Assembly (NCBI RefSeq): GCF_004010195.1
Contig: NC_057717.1
Span: forward strand, 105,657,927 to 105,721,926
DNA from: Chiloscyllium plagiosum
Taxonomy: Eukaryota
Reading direction: 5' to 3'
Length of the DNA: 64,000 nt
The notes beneath the pieces were generated by a model. The model saw only the letters and a list, made by a program, of their open reading frames with translations, ran no database searches and was not told the origin of the DNA. Numbering within the stretch: position 1 is the stretch's first letter; each line of letters begins with the position of its first letter. Shown here in pieces: positions 52,894 through 64,000 of the stretch. A program made the translations under genes and the position numbers.

Positions 52894-53071
52894 AGCATTT
52901 CTGTGCAGCCAGAATACATATGTCTTCTGCAACCATCTCCCCCTCGGTAAAAACAAGGTCCTGTGAACCTTCGCTTGACCAGTACAGGTGTACCCTCAAG
53001 CCTGACGCTGAAGAGTGGCATCCGTCCAGCTTGGTGTCAGAGTTCATCACAGTGCAGGGGCACAGTGCCAT
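52894..53071 (-). CDS. TYK2: TYK2 first coding exon (MALCPC...GLRVHLYWS...AEDICILAAQKC)
   Basis: ATG at 53071; acceptor puts exon start at 53092 (21-nt UTR), so an upstream non-coding exon is implied; GT donor, phase 1. Confidence 0.92.
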
Positions 53072-55542
53072 GTTTCCAATTCAAAATGTCGTCTGGAACA
53101 GAGAGGGATCACATCGGATTTAATAACATCACCAAGAACAGGTTTTCCCCAAATCATTGGCTCAATGCATCGCATGGACACTGCTTTGCAGAGATTGTGA
53201 ATTCAATTTTTATCTGACGAGTTAAGCACACAACAGCAAAATGGTTTAGGTCAGGATAAATGTACGGTGAGCTGGGGATTCTCGAGGGAATGCTATATTA
53301 CCACGGGAGGGTGGGAGTGAGGGAAGGGAGTTGGTAGTGTGGGTGGGGTCGGTAGGCAGGCAGGAGTGGTGAGAGACACACACACACATAGGGAGGGGGC
53401 CTGATGAGTGCCACACTGACATTGGGAGATTGGGTGGCTGCATGGGGATTCCGAGGACGTGCCGCACTCCTGAAGGGAACAGTTTGAGGGAGCCCAGCAT
53501 TGGAAGACACGGTGCTTTAAGATCAGCACTGCCATTGGTTTTGAAGGATAAGGGGATTCCTCAGTTCAGTAAAGGTGCAGGTCACCACAGGGGACAATAC
53601 CACTATTTGTGCACTAATAACTTGCATCAAGTAGTGTTTATTTAACATCAAACCAATATCTCAACAAACTACAGTAAACAAAACCAGTTTGAACAGTGTC
53701 TGTATAAACTATAGCAAACAGAACACAAGACTCAAAGTTCCTCAGTTAAAGCAGGACTGTGTGCCTGGCGCAATGCAGCGAGTGGCAGCCATTACAAATG
53801 AGCAGCATCAAATTGATCCATTGCAGCATGTCCAACTCCCAGGGGAAAAAAAAATCAATTTCCCATATTTCATCCAAAACTAGCATCTCCATGTGCAACC
53901 TGACAGGAATCCAAAGCTTTTAAGTGCTCCAGATATTAATTTCACCTGCAAGAACAGTGCTTCTGCTCACATACAAACCTGAAGAACCAAACAGAACCAT
54001 GGGAGGTCTTGAATGTCCCAGGCACTACACAAAGGGAGGTTACTTCTGCTCCAATTGCGTTCATTCACTCTGCAGTTGAGCCTTCAGTCAACCGATCTCT
54101 CTGGAATCCCTCTTGAATTTTCTCTCCTTCTAGACCCTACCCAAAAATAATCACTTCTCTGATCATCCCTATGGGGGGCACAGTGGCTCAGCATCTGCTT
54201 TTCATCAACCTCGGGAAAGCAATGGCAACTGGGATCTACACCAGTCTGTCACATCACTGAGTTTCATCAAGATTGAGATTTGATTGATGAAAATGAACAG
54301 CTGAAATTGCTTTTCTAAAGGCAAAGTGAAGAGTATGCCAACTGCACATATAAATTAACACAATAGAAGGTCATTAACTGCAATTAAAATTAGGCATTAT
54401 CCTGCAAATTCTCATTAAGCAGTGGGTTTTGAAGGAAACTCCTGAGGGAAACAGTGCACGTGGAAGGCAAGACTTGAGCATTCAAATGAGGTTAAAAACT
54501 GAAAAACATCCAAAGCAGTGACCAACAACCTGTCACATCCAAAACCTCAAAATGATAGCTGAGCACAGAAGGAGTCTCACACACTCTCCAGAGCCTGAAT
54601 CCTTAGAATTCACACAGTAAATGGACGCAAAAGAACAATGATGCTGGAAAATTATGACAATAGTGTTGGACAGACTCTGGCAGTGTTTGTGGAGGGAGAA
54701 GCAAATCTAACAGATATTGACAACTTTCCTTGGGAATAAATTAAAGCCAGAAATGACTGATAAGAGAACACCTCAACCTGGAACATGAGCTCAGCCTTGC
54801 TCCAAAAATGCTGCCTGACCTGCTGTGCACTTTCAGCACTGATCATTTGGAGCCTTGTATCACCTGTCACCATCCATGGTCCTGTGCACAAGTTAAGCAG
54901 CTATTTTACACCAATACAACGTACAAGGAAAAACATTTCTGCTTTATTACACCACACTGCTACTTGGTGCAAATGTTTCAAGTCTTGGACAGCACTGCTA
55001 TACAATAATTTGAATTAATATAGTGCCTTCAATAGTAAACGTCCCAAATTTCAACACAGGAGTATTATCAAACAACAGCAATTTTAGGACAGCTGAACAA
55101 AACAGGTGGACTTTGAGCAGGTTCTCGAAACAGTCAGTGGTTGAGAATTTCAGTGATAAAGACCCAGTCAGCTGAAAACAGTTCTAGAGTAATTAACATC
55201 AGGCATGTACAAAAGGCAGAATCAGAGGAGCATCAGATTTCAAAGGGTTTCATAGCAATAGAAGCAGGAGTACACTATTTGGCTCATCCAGCTTGCTCTG
55301 CAATTCATTAAGATCATGGCTGATCTACGCATCATTTCAGCTCCTCCCACCTGCATTGTCCCCATAACCTTTAATTCCCCCACCATGAAACAACTGTAAG
55401 GCTGGAGGTGGTGAGAGAGATCTGGAGGAGAGATGACTTGGAGGACCTTGAAAACCAGCAACAGAATTTTATCTGGAGGCATGAGCTGCCAAATGCCTGT
55501 ATTAGATGCGGTTACTTACAGACAGTACTTCAATTCAAAGGT

Positions 55543-55663
55543 TTGGAGGTGCCGGTGTTGGACTGGGGTGTACAAAGTTAAAAATCACACATCACCGGGT
55601 TATAGTTACTGTGCTTCCAATTAAACCTGTTGGACTATAAGCTGGTGTTGTGTGAGTTTTAAC
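55543..55663. mobile_element. family B fold-back mini-insertion with 13-bp TSD
   Basis: tcaattcaaaggt at 55530-55542 and 55664-55676; inner halves are inverted copies of the family B end. Confidence 0.8.
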
Positions 55664-56528
55664 TCAATTCAAAGGTGTGTTGACGTCAAGATAACTTGTA
55701 AACATGGAACAGGAACTGTCCATTTTGGGAAAAGGAAGGAATAGAGGAGAAGGGGAAGTGATGAACCCACAGAGCTTCAGATTTTAGCTGCACTTGAGTT
55801 TAGCTCGACAAGTTCTCCTTCACCAAGCTCCCACAATCATTTCCCCTGACAAACTCATTTCTACACAACGCACCCAAAGTAACCTTTGCATCGCTTCTGT
55901 CCTCCTGGAATACATTGGCACAGGAGCCAAGCCTTCCTCCCTTTACACTGCAGCACCTTCATGTGAGCCTGAACAGGAGGGCTCTCTGTCCGAGGCTCCC
56001 AGTCCTGTCTTAATTGTACATCCACTAAAGAGCAGAAACGGTTACTTTCTGTTAATTGATAACAGGGATACAGAGATCTGATATAATGCCTGATGTCCTG
56101 ACAAAAGTCAGTGGTCTCAACACAAACTAAGGACTGATTCAGGGAAATGCCTTGCCTTTGGCTCAGTTTTGGCAAAATACATTTACTTACTTACTCACTG
56201 AGATGTAGACAAATTGTACAATTCAACCCAAAATACTCCAGCAATAATCAGAATCATATGGCTTGTTGGAATACTGTGCTCACTGAAATTTATATCTGCA
56301 AAGCAACAGGGAAATCCCCAAGCATTCCTTCTGCATTTAGAGAAAGATGACATTATCACCTGCAGGGATCGAAATAAAGTTCAGCAAATTCCTCAATATT
56401 ACTCCACTGTTTCTTTATCTACAATACCAGAACAGGAACATCCTCAGTGCTGTAATGCAAGTGGAAACATGGACAGTCTATGCATGGCTGATGCTCGAAT
56501 GTTCTGGATAGTAACAATATTCTCTTGG

Positions 56529-56753
56529 GTCAAAGTGAGGACTGCAGATGCTGGAGATTAGAGTGGAGTGTGTAGTGCTGGAAAAGTACAGCAGGTCAGG
56601 CAGTATCTGAGGAGCAGGAGAGTCGATGTTTCAGGCAAAAGCCCTTCATCAGGTATCAGAAGGCCTGGTGACAGATTTTTGCCCAAAATGTCAACTCTCC
56701 TGCTTTTCAGATGCTGCCTGACCTGCTGTGCTTTTCCAGCACCACATTCTCAG
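56529..56753. mobile_element. family C palindromic element with hammerhead motif and 14-bp TSD (1 mismatch)
   Basis: caatattctcttgg / caatattctattgg flanks; minus strand CTGATGA-agggc-tttt-gcct-GAAAC-ATC at ~56625-56653. Confidence 0.8.
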
Positions 56754-56899
56754 CAATATTCTATTGGCCAGCTAAAACTAATGACACTTTCATTGGCTCT
56801 CTGAAGGAATAGGATCTCAATCAGCACATACTGAGTGCCATCAGAAGCTGGTATCCACTGAGTGGACATAAATAGGGATTTTGCTTTGGATTTTGTTGA

Positions 56900-57780
56900 G
56901 GACGATGGCCTCTCAGGTCAAAGCAGCCAGATCAGACACACCATGACTGGCTCTGTTGTACAGCAGGGTAAGCAGCAGTAATTGGGGACTCGATATAGTC
57001 AGTGACAGATGCATTTCTGTGGTCACAGGCAAGACTCCAGGATACCTCCTGGTTCCAGGGTCAAGGATGTCCTTGAGCAGGCAGAAGACATTCCACAAGG
57101 AGAGGGTGAGCAGCCAGAGATCATGGTCCACATTGGTACTAATGACACAGGCAGAAAGAGAGAGGGATGTAGTCTTGCAAAGGAAATTTAGGGTGTTAGG
57201 TAAGAAGCTGTAAAACAGGACCTTGAAGGTTTCATCTCAAGATTACACCCTATGCCATGTGCTAGTGAGGCCAGAGGTAGAGAAGTGGCAACACAAGTGG
57301 ATAAGGTAGTAAAGGCAGCGGACAGCATGCTTCCCTTCATCGCTCAGGGCACAGAGTGTACAAGGTACAAGCCATTTTGTATAAACTTTAGTCAGTAGTG
57401 GGCACAATTCTGGTCACCATGCCATAGGAAGGAGTGGAGACTTTGGAGAGGGTGCAACAGAGGCTTACCAGGATGTTGCCTGGAATGGGTTGTATTAGCT
57501 AGAAGGAGAGATTGGACACACTTGGATTGTTTTCACAAGAGCATTGGAGGCTGAGGAGCAACCGGATAGAATTATATATAATGATGTCAGGCAACGGATA
57601 GGGTGGAGACACAGAACAGTCTTTTCCTGCCAGGGTGGAGATGTCAAATTTAAAGGAGATGTACGAGAAAAGATTTTGTTTTAAACAGAGGGTGTAAGGC
57701 ACCTGAAATTCTCTGCCAAGAGAGATGGTAGAAGCAGATATGATACCAACATTCAGCAGGCATTTAGACAGACACTTAAT
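56900..57780 (+). mobile_element. internally deleted CR1 LINE (ORF1 esterase remnant joined to ORF2 3' end)
   Basis: PGSRVKDV..EQPEIMVHIGTNDTGRK (SGNH-like) followed by ERVQQRLTRMLPG-type remnant. Confidence 0.7.
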
Positions 57781-60700
57781 CAGCCTATTCGCAGAATCAG
57801 AGAATCCCAACAGTGCAGAAAGCGGCCATCCGGATAGGTTCTGACATTCAGGCAGGTGGACCTTCTGGCTCAGAGATAGAGACTCTACCAATGCTCTACA
57901 AGAGTGCCTCCTTTAACTTGGTAGATGCATCCTTTACATGCTCTGAAGTGTGAATGAGTTATTAAACACTGAATAAGATTAGAGCTGAAGTACTTCTGAA
58001 AAGTGACTGATGTGATTGCGATCACCATGTTCAATCCCTTCCACAATATTTCCAGCCATTAAGCTCTGACCATTTCCATCATCTGCCTCTGCATTTTTCT
58101 CATCTCTATTGGAATATGGTACTAGAAATCAAGATATCAAGCTGATCTGCTGACTTGGACTTGGAAGTTAATGTTCTGAACAACGATGTGAAACTACTCT
58201 AAATCTGAAAATCACCTATCAAATGGGCTCTCGTTTAGAAAGTTACTTCTGTGACCCTTGTTAAAACCACAAATGTTAAACTAAAGGTGAAATTACAGTG
58301 ACCTTTCAGTTGTATACGGATGTTTAATGTGCCTTCTTCAATCCTTAATCAGCTAGACCTGCAAAAACAAAACGCAACAGCAGCATGAGTTGCATAATGT
58401 CATGCTGCAGTCACTGGTTTGAATAAATGGTTCATAAGTGGGGTGCTGCTGCTGCCTTGGAGCAAGAAAGGTGGAAAATGTGATGCTCAAGTAAATCTTA
58501 TTTGTTGCATTACAAAAGCCTGCTCAACTATTTATACATCAACATTACTGATTGTCTTTTAGCACGTTCTAATTTGTTTTTAAAATCTAGAACTAGTTCC
58601 TTGTTGAAGGGCTCTCAGCTTTGTAAATACTTTGTTTTCTAAACTCTAATATAGCATCAGTTAGGCATTTACGCATTACACCGATATGCCACACATTCAG
58701 AATGATGCACAACTTTGGTGCCTCTCTTGCTTCTCAGAGCAAACACACCCAAAAGCAGCAGTGCTATTTTTTTGACAAGATAGTACCATTCTCTGGTGAG
58801 ACATCAATGAATCATTGGTTTTTGATTAAAGTCCCACTTCAAAGACCTAAGCACATAATCTAGGCCGACACCCAAGTGCAGCACTGGGTACTTTCATACT
58901 GGAACTGATGTCTTTCAGATGACATGTGAAGTCAAGACTCCTTTTTGTCCTTCTAACTGGACACCAAAGAGGTCATGACCCTCGTAAGAACAACTACATC
59001 ATGCAGTCAGAACCAACATCAAATGACATCAACTGATCACCTTGATGTTTGAGAGATCTTGCTGCACACAAACTAGTAGATGGGTTTCGCTACATTACAA
59101 ACAAGACGACTTCACAACTCTTAGTAGCTGCAATACACTTTGGGGCATCAAGGGAATAGAGAAATGTCATGAATTGTTTTAACCCGATGTACTGAAGACA
59201 ATTGGTAACTCCCAGTGTTCAGTTGCTCTTATGATTATTTTGAGCTGATCAGGACTCTGTTTCCTTCTACACAGCACACAGTTCAGCATCGTGGTGCAGA
59301 TGGACTTGAAGACAGCAGAACCAATTTCATGATATTCAAACAGCTCAAAACAAAATGTGGGAAACAAGTCTGTTTTCTACCTCATTCTTGTTTCACCTGT
59401 GTATCAGTATTTGTTACACTGAGTTGCAGTCCATGCCCTATTGGACATCACTCTCATCCCACCTCAAAACAAGAGGCAATTCAGCAAGTGTAATGCCATG
59501 TAAAGCTAAAGGACAATGGTTAGATTTGCTTTCATTTGAGATGATTATTGCTGAGCAATTAGCGGGCAATTTGCATTCATGGCAAATATCAGCAAAAGCC
59601 TAGATTTTCGTTTTGCACATGGGTATGGACTGCTTCAGTGTGAGGGGAATGGTGCTAAACATTGTACAGTTATCAGCAAACATCCCCACATCTGACCTCA
59701 TAATGGCAGGGGTGGATTTATCAAAAAGACGACAGTTGGACCTCAGAGACAATGTTGAGGAATTTCCACAGTGATGTACTGGTACAACTGACTTGGCTTG
59801 CAGTATATTCTGAGAGTCCATTTTAAACTTGATCATAACCATGTCTAAATATCATGATTTGGACTTGAATGTCAGAGACTTTCATGAACTGAAAACAGCT
59901 TTGAAAAGAACACTGCTAACCTAAGATGGCTGATCATCTCAAGCCCAGAAAACTCTCTCTGAATGCATGAAACTGGCTGCCTCAGAATTACCATCGACAA
60001 TCAAACTCAGGAAGCTATCAAGAAATTCACATCTCTTGTGTTCCTCACATTTGCATGATAACTTCACTATGAGAGGTGACCAGTTACCTACAAAGAATTC
60101 AGTTTCAAAAAGCACGAGAAAAGCAATATTGACAAGAATAAGGAGGATACTGGGAATAACTTTACTTCCTCAATTGCACTCAATCTCCAAACTAGCTGAT
60201 AAAAAGCAACTTGAAAACAATACACTGAGAATTGTAGAACATTTTTGTTTTTGTTATTACTAAAGAAACAAGATAGCAACTAAACACTGACTCAGGTCAT
60301 GTCATTCACACAACCGAGGGAGTCCCGAGATCTGATGCTGTATTTGCCTTTGTCTTCCTGTCTGTTCTTGACACCCCCATCCACTCTCTCGGAGCACTCA
60401 TTACCTGCAGGTGCGTGTGTTGAACGTTGTGTGCTACTATTATTTGGGGGTTGTAAGTAATAAAACTCGACTCTAACACTCAAGGAATTTCTTTGCATTG
60501 GCTGTCCTTCACTTTCAATCTGATTGGGTTTAATTCAAGTGTGATGACAGCTTCATGCTGGAAAATAAAAACAGATTTGTTGCAACTGACTGAGGGGTTT
60601 TTAACAACAGGAGCCATGATTCCATCTCCCTTTGGTGAAACAACATTGGTATTTCCCTTCCACAATGTTCACCTGTCTTGCAGCTGTTAACCTTTGACTT

Positions 60701-62100
60701 GATAGTCATCTGTAATATAGCATTCCTTGTTGGAACAGCCCCCTCCACACACAGATTCCCATCCCAACTCTTGGTGATAACCCTCATCTGTAGTCCATGG
60801 CACCGATTCACCAACCAGTGGGAACAACCTTATCCTAGTTACTCCTACATTGACCCAAAGAGACAAGTTGAAAAGCTCTCACTTCTCATATCCTTTTATC
60901 AAAGTCTTCTCCCTAAAGACCACCCCTACTTTTCAAATCCTTTGCCGGACTCTTCCTTAACTATGCTCCAGTGAATAAATATCCAGTTTTTCAGCACTTT
61001 TTCCTGACATTAATGTACTGCGATTCTGAACTTGTTCCCACATATGCTTAAGAGCTAAGTGGTTTGTGATACTAAGTTCATATATAAACTGCATAGAATC
61101 CCTACAATGTGAAAACAGGCCCTTCGGCCCAACAGGTCCACATGAACCCTCTGAAGAGTAACCCACTGAGACCCATTACCCATATCTTCTAAGGCAAAAT
61201 ATTGGCAATGGAAGGAATACTGCAGAATTTATGATGATTGTTATTCTCTAGATCTGCAGGAAAATAGTTTGCCTTCAACTCTCCACTGAGGCAAATGGTC
61301 CAGAGGAATCAAAGATTGCAGCAACACTGATAAAATCAGACAGGACTGCAACAGACAAAAGAAATTTCTAAAAGGAACTAATCATATTTGTTTTAAAATC
61401 ATGAGGGAAGATGACAAAATAAAGATAAGCATACCTTCTGTCCTGTCTACCTCACTGCAAAGTCAGTTTAAATCTCTACAAAAAGCCAAGCAAGTGGTTA
61501 ATCCATTTTACAAACTGACTGCTTCCAATCTTTCAAACACTTTAGTTTGCTCGTGTCACTGAGCTCAGCAACCACTGAAACTGGAGTGGTTCTGCTTGGA
61601 GACACATGTTCACCCCAGTCCTTTTACAATTCTCCAGCTTCCCCACTCAGCTCATTACTCAGCTGCCCTGGCGGTGCCAGAGCACAATGAGCAGGAAAAG
61701 AATGTGAACCTGAAGCTATGAACGCTTTTTATGCTGTACTTCAATGACCAGGGCGAAAGCATTTGTTGAGAAACTGTAGGGGAGGCATTGCTTTGTACCA
61801 ACTCTCTACTCAGTTTAGGAAAGACTATTTGATACTGCTGTTGACAGTCCATTAAATGGAACAATATTTATATGATTCAAGACAAGTTGAGTACAATCAA
61901 ATCTCTCTGATCTCCATCAATCTTGATCCATTGCTCGGTTTTCATTACGTCACACTATTCAAATTTGAGCAAAGATTAACTCTAAAGAAAACACTCATGG
62001 TGCTGGCACCATAATGAACAGCTCCACCTCCATATTCAGTGCTTTCTCGAAATGATTTCCTGAAGGCATCAGCTCAAAGACAATGGGTACTCTCAATTAC

Positions 62101-62369
62101 CACACACCAGGTTATAGTCCAACAGGTTTAATTGATGTGCTTCCAATTAAACCTATTGGGCTATAACTTGGTGTTGTGAGATTTTTAACCCAGTCCATCT
62201 CCAAATCATGACTACTATCCACGCCAAGATAAGCACTCCACAACCACCTGATGACGGAGCAGCGCTCCAAAAGCCAGTGCTTCCAAATAAACCTGTTGGA
62301 CTATAACCTGGTGTTGCGACATTTTTAACTTTGTATACCCCAGGCTAATACCACCACCTCCAAAATCAT
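62101..62369. mobile_element. two family B terminal fragments
   Basis: Fold-back 62101-62205; second copy 62232-62369 flanked by cacgccaagata/cacaccaagata, with cac-CTGATGA-cggagc-agc-gctcc-aaaag-cca-gtg (mutated hammerhead). Confidence 0.75.
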
Positions 62370-64000
62370 CACACCAAGATAGTAAGTGACTGTTGGCTAT
62401 TGGTTCAAAGTTAAGCACCAGCACCAAATTCCTCCACTGCACAGACACTTTGCTGTGAAAAATCACTGTGAAAAAGACTACTGTCACAAAGAGACACCAT
62501 CACCGATTCCACTTCTCCTCCTATTTAATTGCAATGTCCCAGTAGAGTTCAGCTCATCCCCAGACAGACAGTTCAGGAGCTGGAGGACCGTCTTGATTCT
62601 GTGACTGTGGCTTTGCAGCTGTCTCTCTCAATGATCCCATGCAGTCTTGGATTTAAATTGGTTCCCTGTCTGATCAGAGTCACAGCACCTCTAGCCATGT
62701 GTAATTCTGCGAAAACTCCAGCTTTCACACATACTTCACTGACAGCTCAACCTCCCCACCACCTATCTTCATCTCACAACTTCTTGTGTGCTGTCTTGAA
62801 TAATTCTGAAACTTGCTCCAACTAAACACTGGGAGAAACATCACAATTGTCTTCAGGTGCCAGTCATGTCATTCCCATGCCCAGGCAAGACTTCCAGCTC
62901 TGCTGAGACTGTTCATCCCCATTCAATCACCTTGAGCAACCTCAGCCATATTTCTTGCCAAAGGCTCAATTCTTCTGATGCTGGTGCTGACAACCTTGCG
63001 ATTGTCTATTCACCATCATCTCCAGCTTGGCCCAGACTGCAGGTTATAGGCAGCACAAAGTTCAGCTTCCTCTTTACACTCATCCTTTTGGGCCCGACAA
63101 GCTCCTGATCTCCTGATTCCCCATTCCTCAACTTTACAATTCCATCCTCAACTTAAACATTCCTAAGTCACTTCACCATTTCATTTTTGCAACTTCTGGA
63201 AGCCCTACAGACTTCCTTCAAATGCTTCCTTCCTCTATCTCTGGCCACTAATAAATCTTCCTCACGTGGTTTCAGTCACTTTGACCCCAATCTCGAAAAT
63301 GGCTCCTCTAAACCCATTAACAACCATTTTTGGTAAATACGTTCAGCTCAGTTGGAGTATTGAGGAACATTTTGCTACATTAGCTATGCTCCATTAAATT
63401 GCTGTAACCCAGTTACAGAACAGGTGTACTTGCGATGGTCTGATCGAACCCTCATGACTACATTCTGGCCCTTAAAAGATGAAAAATCAACATTACCTGG
63501 AGAACCTTCCAGAGGAGCCCTTCACTGTACAAGGTTACAGCAGTTATGTGGATTAAAACTGTCAAATGAGCCTTCAACACTGGCCACTCAACGTCCTACT
63601 TCCCTTCCAGCCATTATCTCTCAGCACCAGGCCCTGAAATGTGCACACTGGCTTGAGCACCACATAACCCACCAGTTTTACTGCTCACAGGTTTTTGTTT
63701 ATTGTGAAAACATTAAAGCCAGAAGTCAAAATAGAGAAGTTGTGGGGAAACACACAGCACCACTGAGATGGAAAGATCAGCAGCGTCATCAGGGTGTGCA
63801 GAGCAGTCAGCAAAGGGTAAGGCAGTCCAGAGGCAATCTCTGTGGGTGAGCAATGAAATGTGACTAACATAGCCTTTTTTGGTTCTGGTCTCCAAAGTCT
63901 AGTGCACTAATCTAACTTCTGAACAAACCACAGAGCGTGCAAATCTGTTTAACACTATAAATGCCAATGAGGTGGCCTGTTATCTTGTTTGAGAAAATTT

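Noticed and set aside
60395..60420. Donor-like CAG|GTAATG as TYK2 upstream non-coding exon
   Set aside because: Cannot be distinguished from chance without transcript data; no CpG-island promoter visible in the window

Overview
Vertebrate genomic DNA, not microbial. The repeat content (CR1 LINEs, HE1-like and Deu-like SINEs, Penelope-like elements) points to a cartilaginous fish; this is an inference. The window is dominated by one gene, TYK2, found as two halves on opposite strands. Eleven coding exons (ATG, FERM, SH2-like, start of pseudokinase) lie on the minus strand at 53071->33518. Ten coding exons (rest of pseudokinase, kinase, stop) lie on the plus strand at 8097->21652. The plus-strand half sits in a block (6910-32038) bounded by two 500-N gaps, and the two pseudokinase exons expected at the junction are absent. 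This is most likely a mis-oriented scaffold block; a real inversion is not excluded. The kinase has AVD in place of the canonical APE motif, and the SH2-like domain keeps the Arg that human TYK2 has replaced. Introns carry at least three families of Penelope-like retroelement ends with minimal hammerhead ribozyme motifs, several inserted as fold-back palindromes with 12-15 bp target-site duplications. Also present: a 5'-inverted CR1 LINE, a candidate solo LTR, Tc1/mariner-type MITEs, a 29-bp minisatellite shifting to a 58-bp dimer, and a possible unidentified gene start near 2156. Comparisons to human TYK2/JAK1 are from recalled sequence, not a database search.
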